A model generated the notes under the pieces. The model did not search any database. It was not told where the DNA came from and was given only the letters and a program-made list of their open reading frames with translations. A stretch of DNA of 64,000 nucleotides, from positions 5,331,313-5,395,312 of the forward strand of contig CM119268.1 of assembly GCA_051294375.1 (NCBI GenBank). The letters run 5' to 3'. Position numbers and translations under genes: made by a program. Position 1 is the stretch's first letter. Each line of letters begins with the position of its first letter. Origin of the DNA: Paraspadella gotoi. Taxonomy: Eukaryota; Animalia; Chaetognatha. Below, one piece after another: positions 39,318 to 51,394 of this stretch.

Positions 39318-42300
39318 GGAAAAAAGGGAAGTTTCGTCTTCGGTCAAAACATGGCGGAACGCGTGGCGAAGAAAGATCCTGAGCCGATCGGCGAGACGCC
39401 CGTCCTCAGCCCGGTCAAGGCGCCCAAGTCAGGCGCCGGTACCCTCTCCTCTCCCAGCCCTCTCTTGAGGAAGATGGGGGCGAAAAAGGGGGACGGTGAC
39501 TCGACCAGCGAATCTCGGGGTAAGTAATCGATAGATGTGGGAACCTTACCTCGTCCCTTACTCGTTCTTTACCCCTTTACAGGCGACGACGCCGTCGACG
39601 TTGCCGACGATGGGGACAACACGACACAGATGTCGTCCGAAGAGATATTCGGTCATTCTATCCCGAAGCCCTCGCCGGAGATGGCAGTGCCGTCTCGGTC
39701 TCTGGGCCTTTCCGGCGCCGTGCCTTCCCGACCATTCGGCGGTGCTGGTGAGATACGAGGAGGGATTCGGTGTGAACCGTGAAGAAGAAACTGGTGAACT
39801 TGAAAGATTAAGGTGAACCTCACTCGTTTTCTCGTCCAACTTAACAGGAGTTTTAACTCCACCCGTCACTAACCCTTTCGCGTCCTCGTCGGCGCCCTCA
39901 CGGGTCCCCCACTCCGCCGCTGCTGCAGCCGCCGCCGCAGCCGCCCCAGGCGTCGTCTCTTCCACAACGAACAGCGATAACGGCGACAAGAACGAAGGCT
40001 TTCCCGACTCTAGCACCGACATCGTCAAGTGAGTAGTGATCATTGATGGTGGGTAGCCTTGGCTCGAGGGAGCTAGGTCTCATTTATGAAATTAATACAA
40101 CCGATATAACAAGAACGGTCCTTCCTATGTGTTTCGCCGCAGTAACTTTCATTTCGTGTATTTCCGAGTGATCACGTGACAAGATATGTGTGACAAACAT
40201 TCAATGGTTAATGTAATCACGTGACCGTAGTTCTGCATGGTCACGCGACTACTCAATAGGAAACATATGAACAAGGGATACCTTACTAGTCTGCCAGGTA
40301 TTAATAAAAAAAGTATGATACTTATGAACGTTAAATGTCTTTTGGTACCTTCCCACTAAATAGTATTTGATATATTACCCGAGTTATGAGACATTTTAAG
40401 TGGGGCCAGACCGACGGACAGACAAAAATACAGACCAATCGATCGAAAAGTGTATGGTGGACTAAAATCCACCAACCGTTCATCAGTGGCCATTGGTGCT
40501 GGAGGCAAGTCATTCGCCTCCTAACCCAAAGGTCCGGGGTTCTAGCCCGGTGGCCGCCTCGCAGTTAAGAGGGACGGGGCGCTTAACCCGCCTGTAACAC
40601 GGTGTTACAGCCTGATCCGAAGCTCAGGGACTGCTTATATTGAATGGTTCTGTCACTAACACATAACAATAATTACTGTCTCTTCATACAATTGAAACAT
40701 TCTTTGAAATATTTTCCACTTCATTGATAGGGAAGCCAGGTACTCTGGGAGTGAATAAACGAGACTGTGAAAGAGTCTTGATTGAAAACTTGCAGGGACC
40801 TGCTATGTCATTATCTTGTAAGAGTGATGGAGGCCTTAAACCACCAAAGCCTGTCCAAAGTCAGGGGCAAGATAGCTTATTTATTAAATGAATGGATAAT
40901 TTTTATATTGGTTGTACCAATTTCATAAAATTCAGCTCCTTGTATTTTGATGCTAGTGTGGAGTACAATAAGTATTCCCCGATCTAATACTTAAAGGAGT
41001 GGTCTTTTCATACAATTGAAACATTCTTTGAAATATTTTCCACTTCATTGATAGGGAAGCCAGGTACTCTGGGAGTGAATAAACGAGACTGTGAAAGAGT
41101 CTTGATTGAAAACTTGCAGGGACCTGCTATGTCATTATCTTGTAAGAGTGATGGAGGCCTTAAACCACCAAAGCCTGTCCAAAGTCAGGGGCAAGATAGC
41201 TTATTTATTAAAATGAATGGATAATTTTTATATTGGTTGTACCAATTACATAACAATAATTACTGTCTCTTCAAGTGATTTATTGAGTTGCACCGCGAGT
41301 ACTCTCGGCGCAACAAAAAATATCAATTAATCTAATAAATAAGCTATCTTGCCCCCAACTGGCTATGGTGGGTTAAGGCATAACATAGCATAGCATAACA
41401 TAGCAGGGACCTGTAAACTTGGAGATTCGTTCAGCCCTTTGTTGAGTCTTTGTGATGTTTTTATTTCAGTTGATAATTTATATTCCTTTTCTGTGCAGAC
41501 CCGTGCTGCAGCCACCGACTCTCCAAATTAATGCCGCCGCTTCGGACAAGACTGCGAAATCGACAAACGAGAAGCAGAGTAAGTTTTTTCTTCTTTCGAT
41601 TTGATTCCTCCATTTTTCTTTTTGTTTTGTTAGCGTTTTCTTTTTTCCGCGGCCAGGCGACCATGCGTCCTCCCGGAAACCGGCGTTGGCGCCTTCGAAG
41701 CTGAGCGCCGCTGCCGGCCGCTCTTCTCCCCTTTCCTCCACCTCCAGGGGGACCAAAGCCTCAGGAGCCGCCTCAGCCGCCGCCTCCACCGCGGCTTCTT
41801 TCTCTTCCGTCCCGAATTCCGGTTCCAACCAGAAACCCTCGCTGCTGCGTCCTTCAGCCCTCGACGCTCACACTGGTGACGTTTTTTTCCCGCCAAACTA
41901 GAATCGAATCTTGTTCGTGATTTCTCAGTTTTAATTATAATTTTTTAACTTTTTTTTTTTTTAAAGCCAATTGGAAAACTTCCGCGAATGCAAAAAAATC
42001 CGGTAATTATTGTTATTTTTTGTTTTAATGAGTATATTATTTTGTGCAATCATTCACTGTGTTCAAATTCAGTGGCGAAAAAAATGACTAATGAGTAATG
42101 ACTAATGACTATTCTATTGAAGAGACAGTAATTATTGTTATGTGTTAGTGACAGAACCGTTCAATATAAGCAGTCCCTGAGCTTCGGATCAGGCTGTAAC
42201 ACCGTGTTACAGGCGGGTTAAGCACCCCGTCCCTCTAAACTGCTAGGCGACCTCCGGGCTAGAACTCCGGACCTTTGGGTTGGGAGGCAAATGACTTGCC

Positions 42301-44782
42301 TCCGGCACCAATGGCCGCTGATAAACGGTGGATTTTAGTCCACCATACATCCCCCCTCCCGTAGGGAGAAGTCTGTTGCGTCTCTTCAGTGAATTGTTGT
42401 TGGTGGAAAGTTCGTCACCAAGTTGAGGCATGTCGCCTGATGTGTTGATGGCGGAAAGTGCATCGCCAGGTTGAGGCATGTCGCCTGAAAGTGTTGTTGT
42501 TGCTGTTGTGTTCGGAAGTCGGGCTCACCAATGAAGAGACAGTAATTATTGTTGTGTTAGTGACAGAACCTTTCAATATAAGCAGTCCCTGAGCTTCGGA
42601 TCAGGCTGTAACACTGTGTTACAGGCGAGTTAAGCGCCCCGTCCCTCTGAACTGCTAGGCGACCACCGAACTAGAACCCCGGACCTTTGGGTTGGGAGGC
42701 GAATGACTTGCCTCCGGCACCAATGGCCGCTGATGAACGGTTGGTGGATTTTAGTCCACCATACTATATACTTGAATTTTTATTCGATTTCTAATTAAAA
42801 TTGAAATTTAGATTTTCATCTTAATTAGATACATTCATTCAATTCCAATTTGATTCTATCTTGAATCTTGATTAATCTCCAGGCGCCGCAACTTCTAACA
42901 CATTCACCCTCGAACCAGCGATTTTCGGGGCTTCTACTTCTTTGCCGACTTTGGGCAAAATCGAGAATTCCTCCGTCGACAATTCCTTCGACAAAGCCAA
43001 CGGGGATTCCAATCATCCAGTCGTTGAAGGTCTGTCCAATGTTCGCATGAAGTCTTTGTATTATCTAATATCTATCATTATTTATCATTGTCGCATTATT
43101 TATCTTTTGTGTAAAATTCAACCGTCTTACGTTAGCCTGGAATTGTGCAGAAAGCGGGCCGTTTTAGGATGACGACTGTATCAAAACAAGATTAAATACA
43201 CTAAATATACTGAATCATTACTCACAATAATTCCCCCGCCCCTCTTTGCGTCAGACAAAACTCCGAACATATTCGCGGCCATCTTGAAACAACAATCAGA
43301 GGCGAAGACGGCGACGACGATCGCCACCTCTGGGACGACGATCGCCGCCGTTGGTACGACGATCGCCGCTGCTCAGACTTCCTCCTCCTCCTTCATCTTC
43401 GGACAAAATCTCCAGTCGCGCGTCGTTTCAGGAAACGAGAATCAGGTGAGCAAATTTTGTTGTCGAGGACCCGCAATGATTTAATCGTTTAAGTCAGTAT
43501 AAACGTTGAGACGGAAAGTTAGTTAACATTACTCCATTTTCGATGTCATCCCTAAAAGCGTAACAACGGCGGCGACGAATCCAGCGGCGGCTTCGGCCGC
43601 GTCGTCGCAGCAGATGACGCGGCGGCGTCGGCAGGCGACATTCTCGCCGGCGCCGGATCCACGTCCAGTTTAAACAACGCCGGCTCTAGCGGCGACGGCG
43701 CGTCTGGACGCTCGGCGTCACCCGCCAGCGTCAACTCCAAGACTCTGACTCAGGCTGCGGCCGAAGTTCACGCCAAACAGTCGGGCGTCAAGATCTCTGA
43801 ACCTTACGTCGACGTGAAGACGGGAGAAGAGGACGAGTCCAACGTCTTACAGGTCTTGCAAAAGAGTTTTAGTCAATGTTAGGAGCCGTCTGTGATGAAA
43901 ACGAATGATGAAAGATACCGAGGAATCGCAACCTTGAAAAATACTGAAAGGGACCGTGAACGTTAAATGGGATTTGGGCATCGATGGTTAAAATTACCTA
44001 TGTAACTGCGTACGTATGTAATTTCGTGCTGTTTGTAAATCTGACTGTCTTATGAGTTATGACGAAAAATTAAATATTTTATGAAATATTTCCTTTGATG
44101 ATAGTAAATGTGTTATACAATATACTGTTAATGTTGCGTTTAAACGATTTTTTGAAATATTAAATTAAACCCCTAACCTTTTCTCGTCGACTCCTCAGAT
44201 CACCTGTAAACTCTTCCTCTTCTCTTCCTCGAGTTCCTCGTGGATCGAGAGGGGGCGTGGTTTCTTGAGGCTCAACGACATGCCTCAGGCCGAAGGCGAT
44301 TTCAAGTCTCGATTGGGTGAGACTTTTCTTATTCTATTCTATCGCTCGATAAAACCTTGAGAGCAAAAAAACGTTGGCTGGAGCCACAAATATATGCGTT
44401 ATTAGGGCATTAAAATAATTAAATTATTAATAATTGAACTGCTAGTTTCACCACTTACAAACATAATCATTTGCCAGTCTTGAATAACAAAATAAAAGAA
44501 AAATTTATCAGTAATTTATGAAAATACGACATGATGCATTTTTTTGAAATTATCCAAATCCCTCCCCGTTTCTTGTCAGTCATGCGCGCGCAGGGATCCC
44601 TTCGTCTCATCTTGAACACGCAGTTATGGTCGGGAATGACGGTCGTGCGTGCGAATTCCAAATCCGTGCGTGTAACATGTCTCGACGAAGAGGGAAAGCC
44701 CATGATTTACCTCATTCAGGTCAGAGAGAAACAAGAGTTGTCGCTTTTATGTTATCTTAAAACCCATCTACGCCGGCTCATA

Positions 44783-44819
<37 letters not shown>

Positions 44820-46429
44820 ACCCGATCGGGCAGGCCAACTTGAAGGACGCGGAAGCCCTCATGCGGGCGATGGAATATCGCATCCAGCAGCGCCGCCGAT
44901 GCGACGAACTCCTGCAGCGCCGGAGAGCGGCGCCCGCGTCCGGCGGATCGCGCGACGACGACGAAGACGACGACGCCCCGCGGTCCAAGAAGCGCGTCCA
45001 CTCGTCCTCGGCGAGGGAGAGTCCTCAGTCATCCTCCCTCGCCGACGACGACGACAATTGGGACGACGAGGTCACGTCGACGTCGAAATGCTCGCCCAAG
45101 GACGGGAAGATGGAGTCGACTCCCGAGAAGAAGGTGAGAAAGATGATGTGGACGGTAGGGGGGAGGTATTTCGACGTTCGTCATTGGAACTCTAATCGTT
45201 TAAATTTCTGTGAATTTTGAAGAGACAGAATACAGTTGTCGCTAGTAAGTAAGTCTCAAAGCTGGATAAGAGGGGGGGGCAAGCGCCCTATCTTTCCTAA
45301 CTGCTTGGCGGCCACCGGGATAGAACTTCGTACGGACCTTTTACCGCTCTGAACGGTGAAAACAGAGAATTTATGTTATAAAAAAAATCATGCTTACGGA
45401 GTATTTGTTATTGTATATAAGTAGTAGCAGTAGTAGTAGTAGTTGTACTAGTAGCATTTTCCAAGAACGCAGAAGGTCATCTGATAATATCTTCAAACCT
45501 CAGTTGACGCGAAGAAGTTTGGATTCTGTCCGAGAGGAGAACGATTCTAGCTCGAGCGACTTATCTCCGGGCAGCGCGAACAAAAGCCCCGCCTCGGAAT
45601 CAACCAAGCCGCTTCCGCCCAAACGTCGAAGGTTAATAGAGACGATAGAGGTCATTTTTTATTTCGTCGTTGTGGAAAGGATAAAGATAAAGACAAAAGT
45701 TTTATCATAAATTTGGTTCAACCAATATAAAAATGATCCATTTATTCAATAAATAACCTCGCTGACTTTGGCTAGAGTGGTTTAAGGCCTCCATCCCTCT
45801 TTCAAGATAATTACAAAGCAAGGCCTTGCAAGCTTTCAATAATTCTCTCTTTTCTCTTCTGGACATTACAGGTCGGAGCTTCCCGTCTGCAATAAACGAT
45901 TGGAGCACCAGATGCCGACTGAAGCCTCCCACGGTTCTTTACCTTGTTCGAGTGGGTCTCACGCCTCCCACGTTCACAGGTCGAGAAAAGCGGAAAAGTT
46001 TTGATTTTCTGTCTCGTGACCCTTCCATGAGATGACGAATGTCAAGTGTACATAATTCTAAAAAATCGTATTTGTCAATACGTCGCAACACGTTAAAATT
46101 ACGTTTTTCATGTTCTTCATCTTAGATCTCCCGATTCGGAGGCAGCGGGTTTATCCACTAGCGTCGCTTCGTCGGGAGTCGGTGGACGAAATAGTTCGGC
46201 CTCGACGTCGGATTCGCATCACGAGTCGGGCACCTCAACCCCACCCGATCCAGAGACGGAAGGTGGGGTACCTCAGCCACGATGGGCACCGTTGTTTCAT
46301 TTAGCTTTTAGATTATTTTAAGTTAAAATTTAACTTTGACTTTTTTTTTTCAGCGTCGAACGAGAGCTACACCTCTTCGATAACGACTCATTCACTGTCG
46401 GAATAAAACTTGGGACGAATAGATATTAA
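39202..46429 (+). CDS. RANBP3: Ran-binding protein 3-like (FxFG motifs + RanBD); exons approx. 39202-39217, 39319-39519, 39583-39747, 39848-40028, 41499-41578, 41657-41875, 42883-43029, 43255-43445, 43559-43852, 44199-44316, 44580-44719, 44834-45133, 45504-45631, 45872-45979, 46126-46262, 46354-46429; last four exons tentative
   Basis: SFVFGQNMAERV and SFIFGQNLQSRV motifs; RanBD: VKTGEEDESNVLQITCKLFLF..SWIERGRGFLRLND..SRLVMRAQGSLRLILNTQLW. Confidence 0.85.
40340..40475 (-). mobile_element. Helentron-associated (HINE/DINE-1-like) element 5-prime end
   Basis: Minus strand reads TT-GGTGGA-TTTTAG-TCCACC hairpin, then GTCTGTCCGTCGGTCTG microsatellite and CATAACTC, the usual HINE/DINE-1 layout. 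Confidence 0.45.
40452..40686 (+). mobile_element. tRNA-derived SINE-like element with 5-prime hairpin, copy 1
   Basis: Hairpin TGGTGGA-CTAAAA-TCCACCA; tRNA-like head 40486-40557 with A box TGGTGCTGGAGG, CTCCTAA loop and B box GGTTCTAGCCC; palindrome CTGTAACAC-G-GTGTTACAG; ends in ACTGTCTCTTCA; near-identical copies nearby. Confidence 0.75.
40687..41247. repeat. Head-to-tail 1.7-mer of a 324-bp unit, flanked by 26-bp direct repeats; member of a dispersed family
   Basis: TTCATACAATTGAAACATTC at 40683 and 41007 (period 324); ACATAACAATAATTACTGTCTCTTCA at 40661-40686 and 41248-41273; related fragments at about 9895-9985 (+), 37435-37518 (-), 41333-41415 (-), 45705-45840 (-), 54418-54450 (-). 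Confidence 0.88.
42118..42348 (-). mobile_element. tRNA-derived SINE-like element, copy 2
   Basis: Reverse complement of 40452-40686 with the same termini (TGAAGAGACAGT ... CCACCATAC). Confidence 0.75.
42532..42764 (-). mobile_element. tRNA-derived SINE-like element, copy 3
   Basis: Reverse complement of 40452-40686 with the same termini. Confidence 0.75.
45218..45357 (-). mobile_element. Degenerate copy of the same SINE-like family
   Basis: TGAAGAGACAG start, AAGCGCCC..AACTGCTTGGCGGCCACCGGGATAGAACT..CGGACCTTT. Confidence 0.5.
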
Positions 46430-47311
46430 TCTTTCTTTCTTACAAGAAACTGTTACCTATTTTCCTTTTTTTTTAAATTTTTTTTTAAATGCTCCAGTTC
46501 TTTTTTTTCTTTTTTTTTTTAGTCATCTGCCCTGTTCGGTTTTAAAATCGCCGAAGGGGATTCGCCGTCTGGCAGAAGACGATTACTTTCCTGTTGCCCA
46601 AATCTTCAATTTCCCGCTCTTGACTCTCTGCCATCTAGTAGATGGCTATGTTTTTGGTGCCATGAACAAGAATAAAATATCTTAAAATATTTCTTTTGTT
46701 TTTTTTTAGTCTTGACGTATTGGCCTACTCGCTCATTTAAAAGTTTTGAGCTTTTCTTTTTTTTATTCGATAACTATAAAAACAATGTCAACTATAAAAA
46801 CATAATTTATCTTATTATCCTTTTTAAATTTAAACAAATTTGCATATTGCCGTTTTTTGTATTAAACTCGGCAAAACTGACGCGATCGACATGGCGATCA
46901 AATCATTCACCATCAACTCCCATCGTCGCTTTCGTCGACGAGAATCAATCGCAATCGAGTCGAATTTTCGCGGAGAAAAATTGTAAAGAAGTTGTTTACG
47001 TCGAACGATCGCCAGCCTCATTTTCGATCTGGGAGGAGGCGTTCGAAGATGAATTTTTAAAAGTGGAGAAACAGGGAACGGGGGGACGTTTGCTGCTTAA
47101 GCAAGCCAGCAATTTATTAATGCTCCAACGTTCGATATTATTATACATATTAAAATCGCGATGTTTTTTTGTTTTTGATTGCTTTTACCGCCCCGCGAAT
47201 TATTTCTGCCCGTATTGAGAAATATGGTCCCTAATTTTTTCATCGCACACAATTTTCTTTTGCCAATAAAAAAATAAACAAACTTCAGTTTCAAAAAAAA
47301 AAAAATCCCGG

Positions 47312-50300
47312 ATGGAGTCCCCGACGACTCTTCCCGTCGTCACTCCAGTAGGCAACGGCCCTCCCTCCTCCTCTCCTCCCCTCTCTCCCCCTACCCCCTC
47401 CGACCTCTCCCTCTGTCACTCCCTCTTCAAATGGGTCCAGACTTTCGAACTCTCCGTCCCGACTCCGCGATCCGTGGCCGACCTCTCGGACGGCGTCATC
47501 GTCGCCCACTGCCTGGCTCTCGTCGACCCGGACTTCTTCGACGCTGATTGGTTGTCGCGTCTCAAGACCGAAGTCCCCGCAGCCAATTGGCGTCTCAAAC
47601 TCTCCAACCTAAAGAAGGTTCTCAAGGGGATGCTGGACTTTTACGCGGATGTGCTCGGCCAGCACATTCGGGATTTTCACACCCCCGATTTGGCCGCAAT
47701 CGCCGAACGGGCCGACCCCGTGGAGACGGGCCGCCTGCTGCAGCTGGTCCTGGGCTGCGCCGTTAATTGCGACAAGAAGCAGCGCTACATCGAAGAGATC
47801 ATGGGGATGGAGGAAGCAGTGCAGCATGTAGTCATGAACGCCATTCAGGTCGGCGATAGCAGAGGGCGAGAGAAGGGGAGTTTGTGTAATATGAATGTTG
47901 GAAAGAATTTCAATGAACACCTAAGAGGGAGAGATATAAAGGGAGAGAAGGATGGATAATGCCGGATACGACTCAAAATATTTGTTATGTTTGCTTAAAT
48001 TTTAATTAAACAATCGCTTAAAAGCCCAATTTCTCTTCTTGTTTATGAAAATTTAAATCTCCTTTTAAATATAACTTAATGATGATTAACATGGCGAATA
48101 TCTTTTTCTATTAGGAGCTAATGAACAAAGAGACTCCGCTGAGCTCAGACGGAGAGGCTCTTCACGCCGTCACTGATCAACTGAAGAAGACGGTGGATGA
48201 CCTGAACCAAGCCATGTCCGCCAAGGAGGAGCTCTTGCAGCGCTGTCACGAGCTTGACTTTCAGGTAGGCTTAGGGAGTAGTAATAATTGTAACAACGGA
48301 GATTCAAAAAAATTGGGGATATGTTGATATGATTTGCCGACGCCAACTCTGTTATAATTAAGGAACTTTTAATGACATTTGCTTTAATTTCTGTTTTTAA
48401 ATCGAGTATAAATCTGTATTTGTTTTAATTAAAAAAAAAAACAATTTGTTATCGCTATCTTCATCTCTTTTTCCTTCCTCCCGAAAAAAAACAAACATCA
48501 AAGGTGGCGTCCCTTCAAGAGGAAAACCTCCATCTCAAATCGGAACAGAGCAAATGGAATCGACGAAGCCTCGGCGACGCGGACGAGATCGAAGATCCTT
48601 CCACTCCCGTCGGCCGCAAGTTTCTGCAGCTGCAGCAGCAGATCGAGACTCTGCAGGAATCCCTGGAGATTCTGGAGTCGCAGAAAGAGGATCTCCTAAT
48701 CAAGGCCGACGTCCACTCGAGGGAGATGCAGGAGGTGCAATCGAGGAACGAGGAACTCGTGGGGGCTGTGGAGGAGAGCGCCGCTTTGAAGGTGAGGTGT
48801 GGCCGCGGGGGCGGGATGGGGTGAGGAAGTGAACCTGAAAAAGAGTAAAATGTTTTTTGTGGCGTCGCGTTGTAGATTTAGGGATAAAGGGGCGGTGAGA
48901 TAAGTTATTTGAGTGGAATCTTTGGGCGAATCTGTCCAATCTTATCCTTACTTATCCTCAATCAAGTAACTTTCATCAGTCCAATCCTTTTTAATTATAA
49001 ATCTACTGATCACTTTTCCTCAATTCAATAACTTCTTGTCAATTCCAAATTCATTCGTCCATTCTTTTATCATCAATCATTTTCATCCATCCATTCTCTT
49101 CTTTTCATTAGTCTATCCATTTCTATTATTCCAATTCGTTATTGGAGTCGCCGCAATTCAGCCTTTAATTCTCTTCTTATCATCGATCTGATCGAATTTC
49201 TTATTCATCTTCCCTTCTTTCCTTTCAAAAGGACGAACTCGACGTCCTCCGCGATCAGTCGGTCAAAGCGGAGAAGATGGAGGGAGTCATCGAAACTTAT
49301 CGTCGCAAGTTGGAAGACGCGGTGGATGTGCGGCGACAGCTCAAGATCCTGGAGGAGAAGAACGCCGCCTACGTGGAGAAGAATCTGGGGTTGGAGGAAG
49401 AGTTGAAGAAGACGAGCTCGTTGAAGACTCAGTTGGAGGTGAAGATTATCATTCTTGTACGGGGAGGGGATTGTTGAGGTGATAGTTATAGTTACTGGAG
49501 AATTTTGTGGAATTGATAATCATTATTTCAATCTTTTAATTTTGATTTTGATTTTGGAAACAGTTTTGGTTGTTAATAAGCAATGGATCTGTTCTTGAGA
49601 TGAACAAAACATTTAAATCTAGAGATTGTACAGAAAATTTAAAATAAAATTGTTATATCTCCTGAATTATTGTTTTTGTTTTTTTTGGTTTAATATACAG
49701 CGTATTATATGTATATTTCCCCCTCTCCTCCCTCAGTCCTACAAACGTCAGACCCAAGAGCTCCAGCTTGCCGTCTCCGAAGCCTCCAAGCGAAGCGACC
49801 GACTCGAGTTCGAGAATCGACGCAACGCGGAAAAGTTGGCCGTCGCCGTCGCCGACCGCGCCAATCTGCAGAAGGAGAGGGAGTCGCTGAGGGAAACTGT
49901 GGAAGAGATGACATTGGTCCAATCATCGGGGGTCGTGGGGGAAGGCTCGAGGTGAGGGGGGTAGAGAGAGAGAGAGAGAGAGTGTTAAAAAACGAAACGA
50001 AGACTTTTTCCTCTTCTCTTTGTGCATTCCTTACGAAAACGATTTCGCTTATCTTTGGTCAATGTTATTCATATCCTCGCCCCATCTCCTACCTTCCCCT
50101 TAGAGACGATCTGGAATCTTCCGTCGACCAGATGGATTTTCTCTCGATGCCTCCATCGATCAAGGAGAAGTTTATCCGCCTCCAACGAGAGAATCGAGTC
50201 TTGAAGACGCGATTGGGTCGACGCTCCTCGGACGAGAGTTTCGATTCCTCCAAGTCGCCGGAAGGGGCCCCCTTTCTCCGCGACCGGCTGGAGGACGCCG

Positions 50301-51394
50301 AGGGGCGTGTCAAGGAGTTGGAGGAGGAGAATCGCGCCGAGAGGCGAAAGGTGGATTTGATGGTTGCTTCGTTTGTTCTTTGCCTATTTTTTTTTATTTG
50401 ATAAAATTTTACATTCACCGACTAGGATTTTCGCTTCTCATGAGTAATAGTGTATAAAAATTTCATTAAAAAATAAATCTGAATCTCCTTAACCATTATC
50501 ACCCCTGACTCTAACTAGTAACTCCCCCTAATCCTAAACCCCCCTAACGCCAGCCTTTTGGTTATTGGATTTTGAATTGTTTAAATTGTTTAAATTGTGC
50601 GACGTAAGTTAATCCCGGAGAAAGCGTTTAACCTTAAAGCCTGAGGTTTCAAAATTTAAACATTTGCGAAAATTACATTACATCCCTCCCTCCCCGAAAA
50701 GGTGATGGAGCTGGAGGCGGCGTTGGAGGACGCGAAGAGCCAACTGGACGACGCCTCCACCCGCGCGTCTTCTCTCAAAAAAGACTTGAGCTCCGCCCGC
50801 GTGGAGGCGGACAAGAAGCGAAGCTCGACCGACGATTTCTCCGACGCCGTGCAGAGACTGGAGGCTGAGACGGAGACTTGGAGGCGGAAGAGCGAAGAGA
50901 CGGAAGAGCGATTGAAGAGAGAGAAGGAGATGGCGAGAGAGATGGAGGAGAGATACAAGAGATATTTAGAAAAGGCCAAGACGGTCATCAAGACGCTGGA
51001 TCCCAGAGGAACCGCCGCCGCCTCGCCGCTGCCCGAAAACGGCCAGGCGATTTCCTCCGACAACGAGAGCCTGGCCAAGCGCCTGGCCGAATCACAGGCG
51101 CAGATCGGCCGCCTGCAGCAAGAGAACCATCAGATCAAACAGAATCGAGAAAAGGAAGACCGCCTGATTCACACCGCCTGGTACAGCATCTCGGCGCAGT
51201 TGGCGAAGAAGGGCGGCGACGAGCGACTCGCCTCCTTCGTCAACGGTGCTTCTCCGGCGGCGGCTGGGGCGGGAGGCGGAGGGGCTGCGGCGGGCGCTGC
51301 TGTCGGGGTGCCGCCCTTGGGTCAAAGCTTTCTCGCCAAGCAAAGACAGACTCATTTGAGGAGGTTGACGCTGCCGTCTGGGTCGGGATCTTGA
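47312..51394 (+). CDS. HOOK: Hook microtubule-tethering dynein adaptor; exons approx. 47312-47848, 48115-48264, 48504-48791, 49232-49438, 49737-49951, 50104-50350, 50702-51394
   Basis: Hook N-terminal domain (LCHSLFKWVQTF, DLSDGV, NWRLKLSNLKKVL, GRLLQLVLGCAVNC), coiled coils, and C-terminal ERYKRYLEKAKTVIKTLDP, EDRLIHTAWY, QSFLAKQRQ. Confidence 0.94.

Noticed and set aside
40115-40285. Cluster of CACGTG E-boxes as a TFEB/Mitf CLEAR enhancer for the V-ATPase gene
   Set aside because: It lies in a RanBP3 intron downstream of the V-ATPase gene among repeats; more likely MITE-derived, and function cannot be supported.
40486-40557. Functional tRNA-Arg(CCT) gene
   Set aside because: D and anticodon stems do not pair, the anticodon differs among copies, and it sits in a longer dispersed repeat; treated as a SINE head.
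27593-41273. CRISPR-like reading of the A/B repeats or the 26-bp direct repeats
   Set aside because: Only two copies each, kilobase-scale or tandem interiors, no regular spacers, no cas genes, eukaryotic intron context.
42725-42770. Hammerhead ribozyme at CTGATGA (also CTGAGGA near 55604 and TGATGGAGGCC in the 324-bp unit)
   Set aside because: No stem II closed by GAAA and no stem I/III pairing found by eye.
45133-45504. Apparent second one-base splice-phase anomaly in RanBP3 (acceptor CCAAG near 45465)
   Set aside because: An in-frame canonical acceptor exists at CCTCAG 45503.
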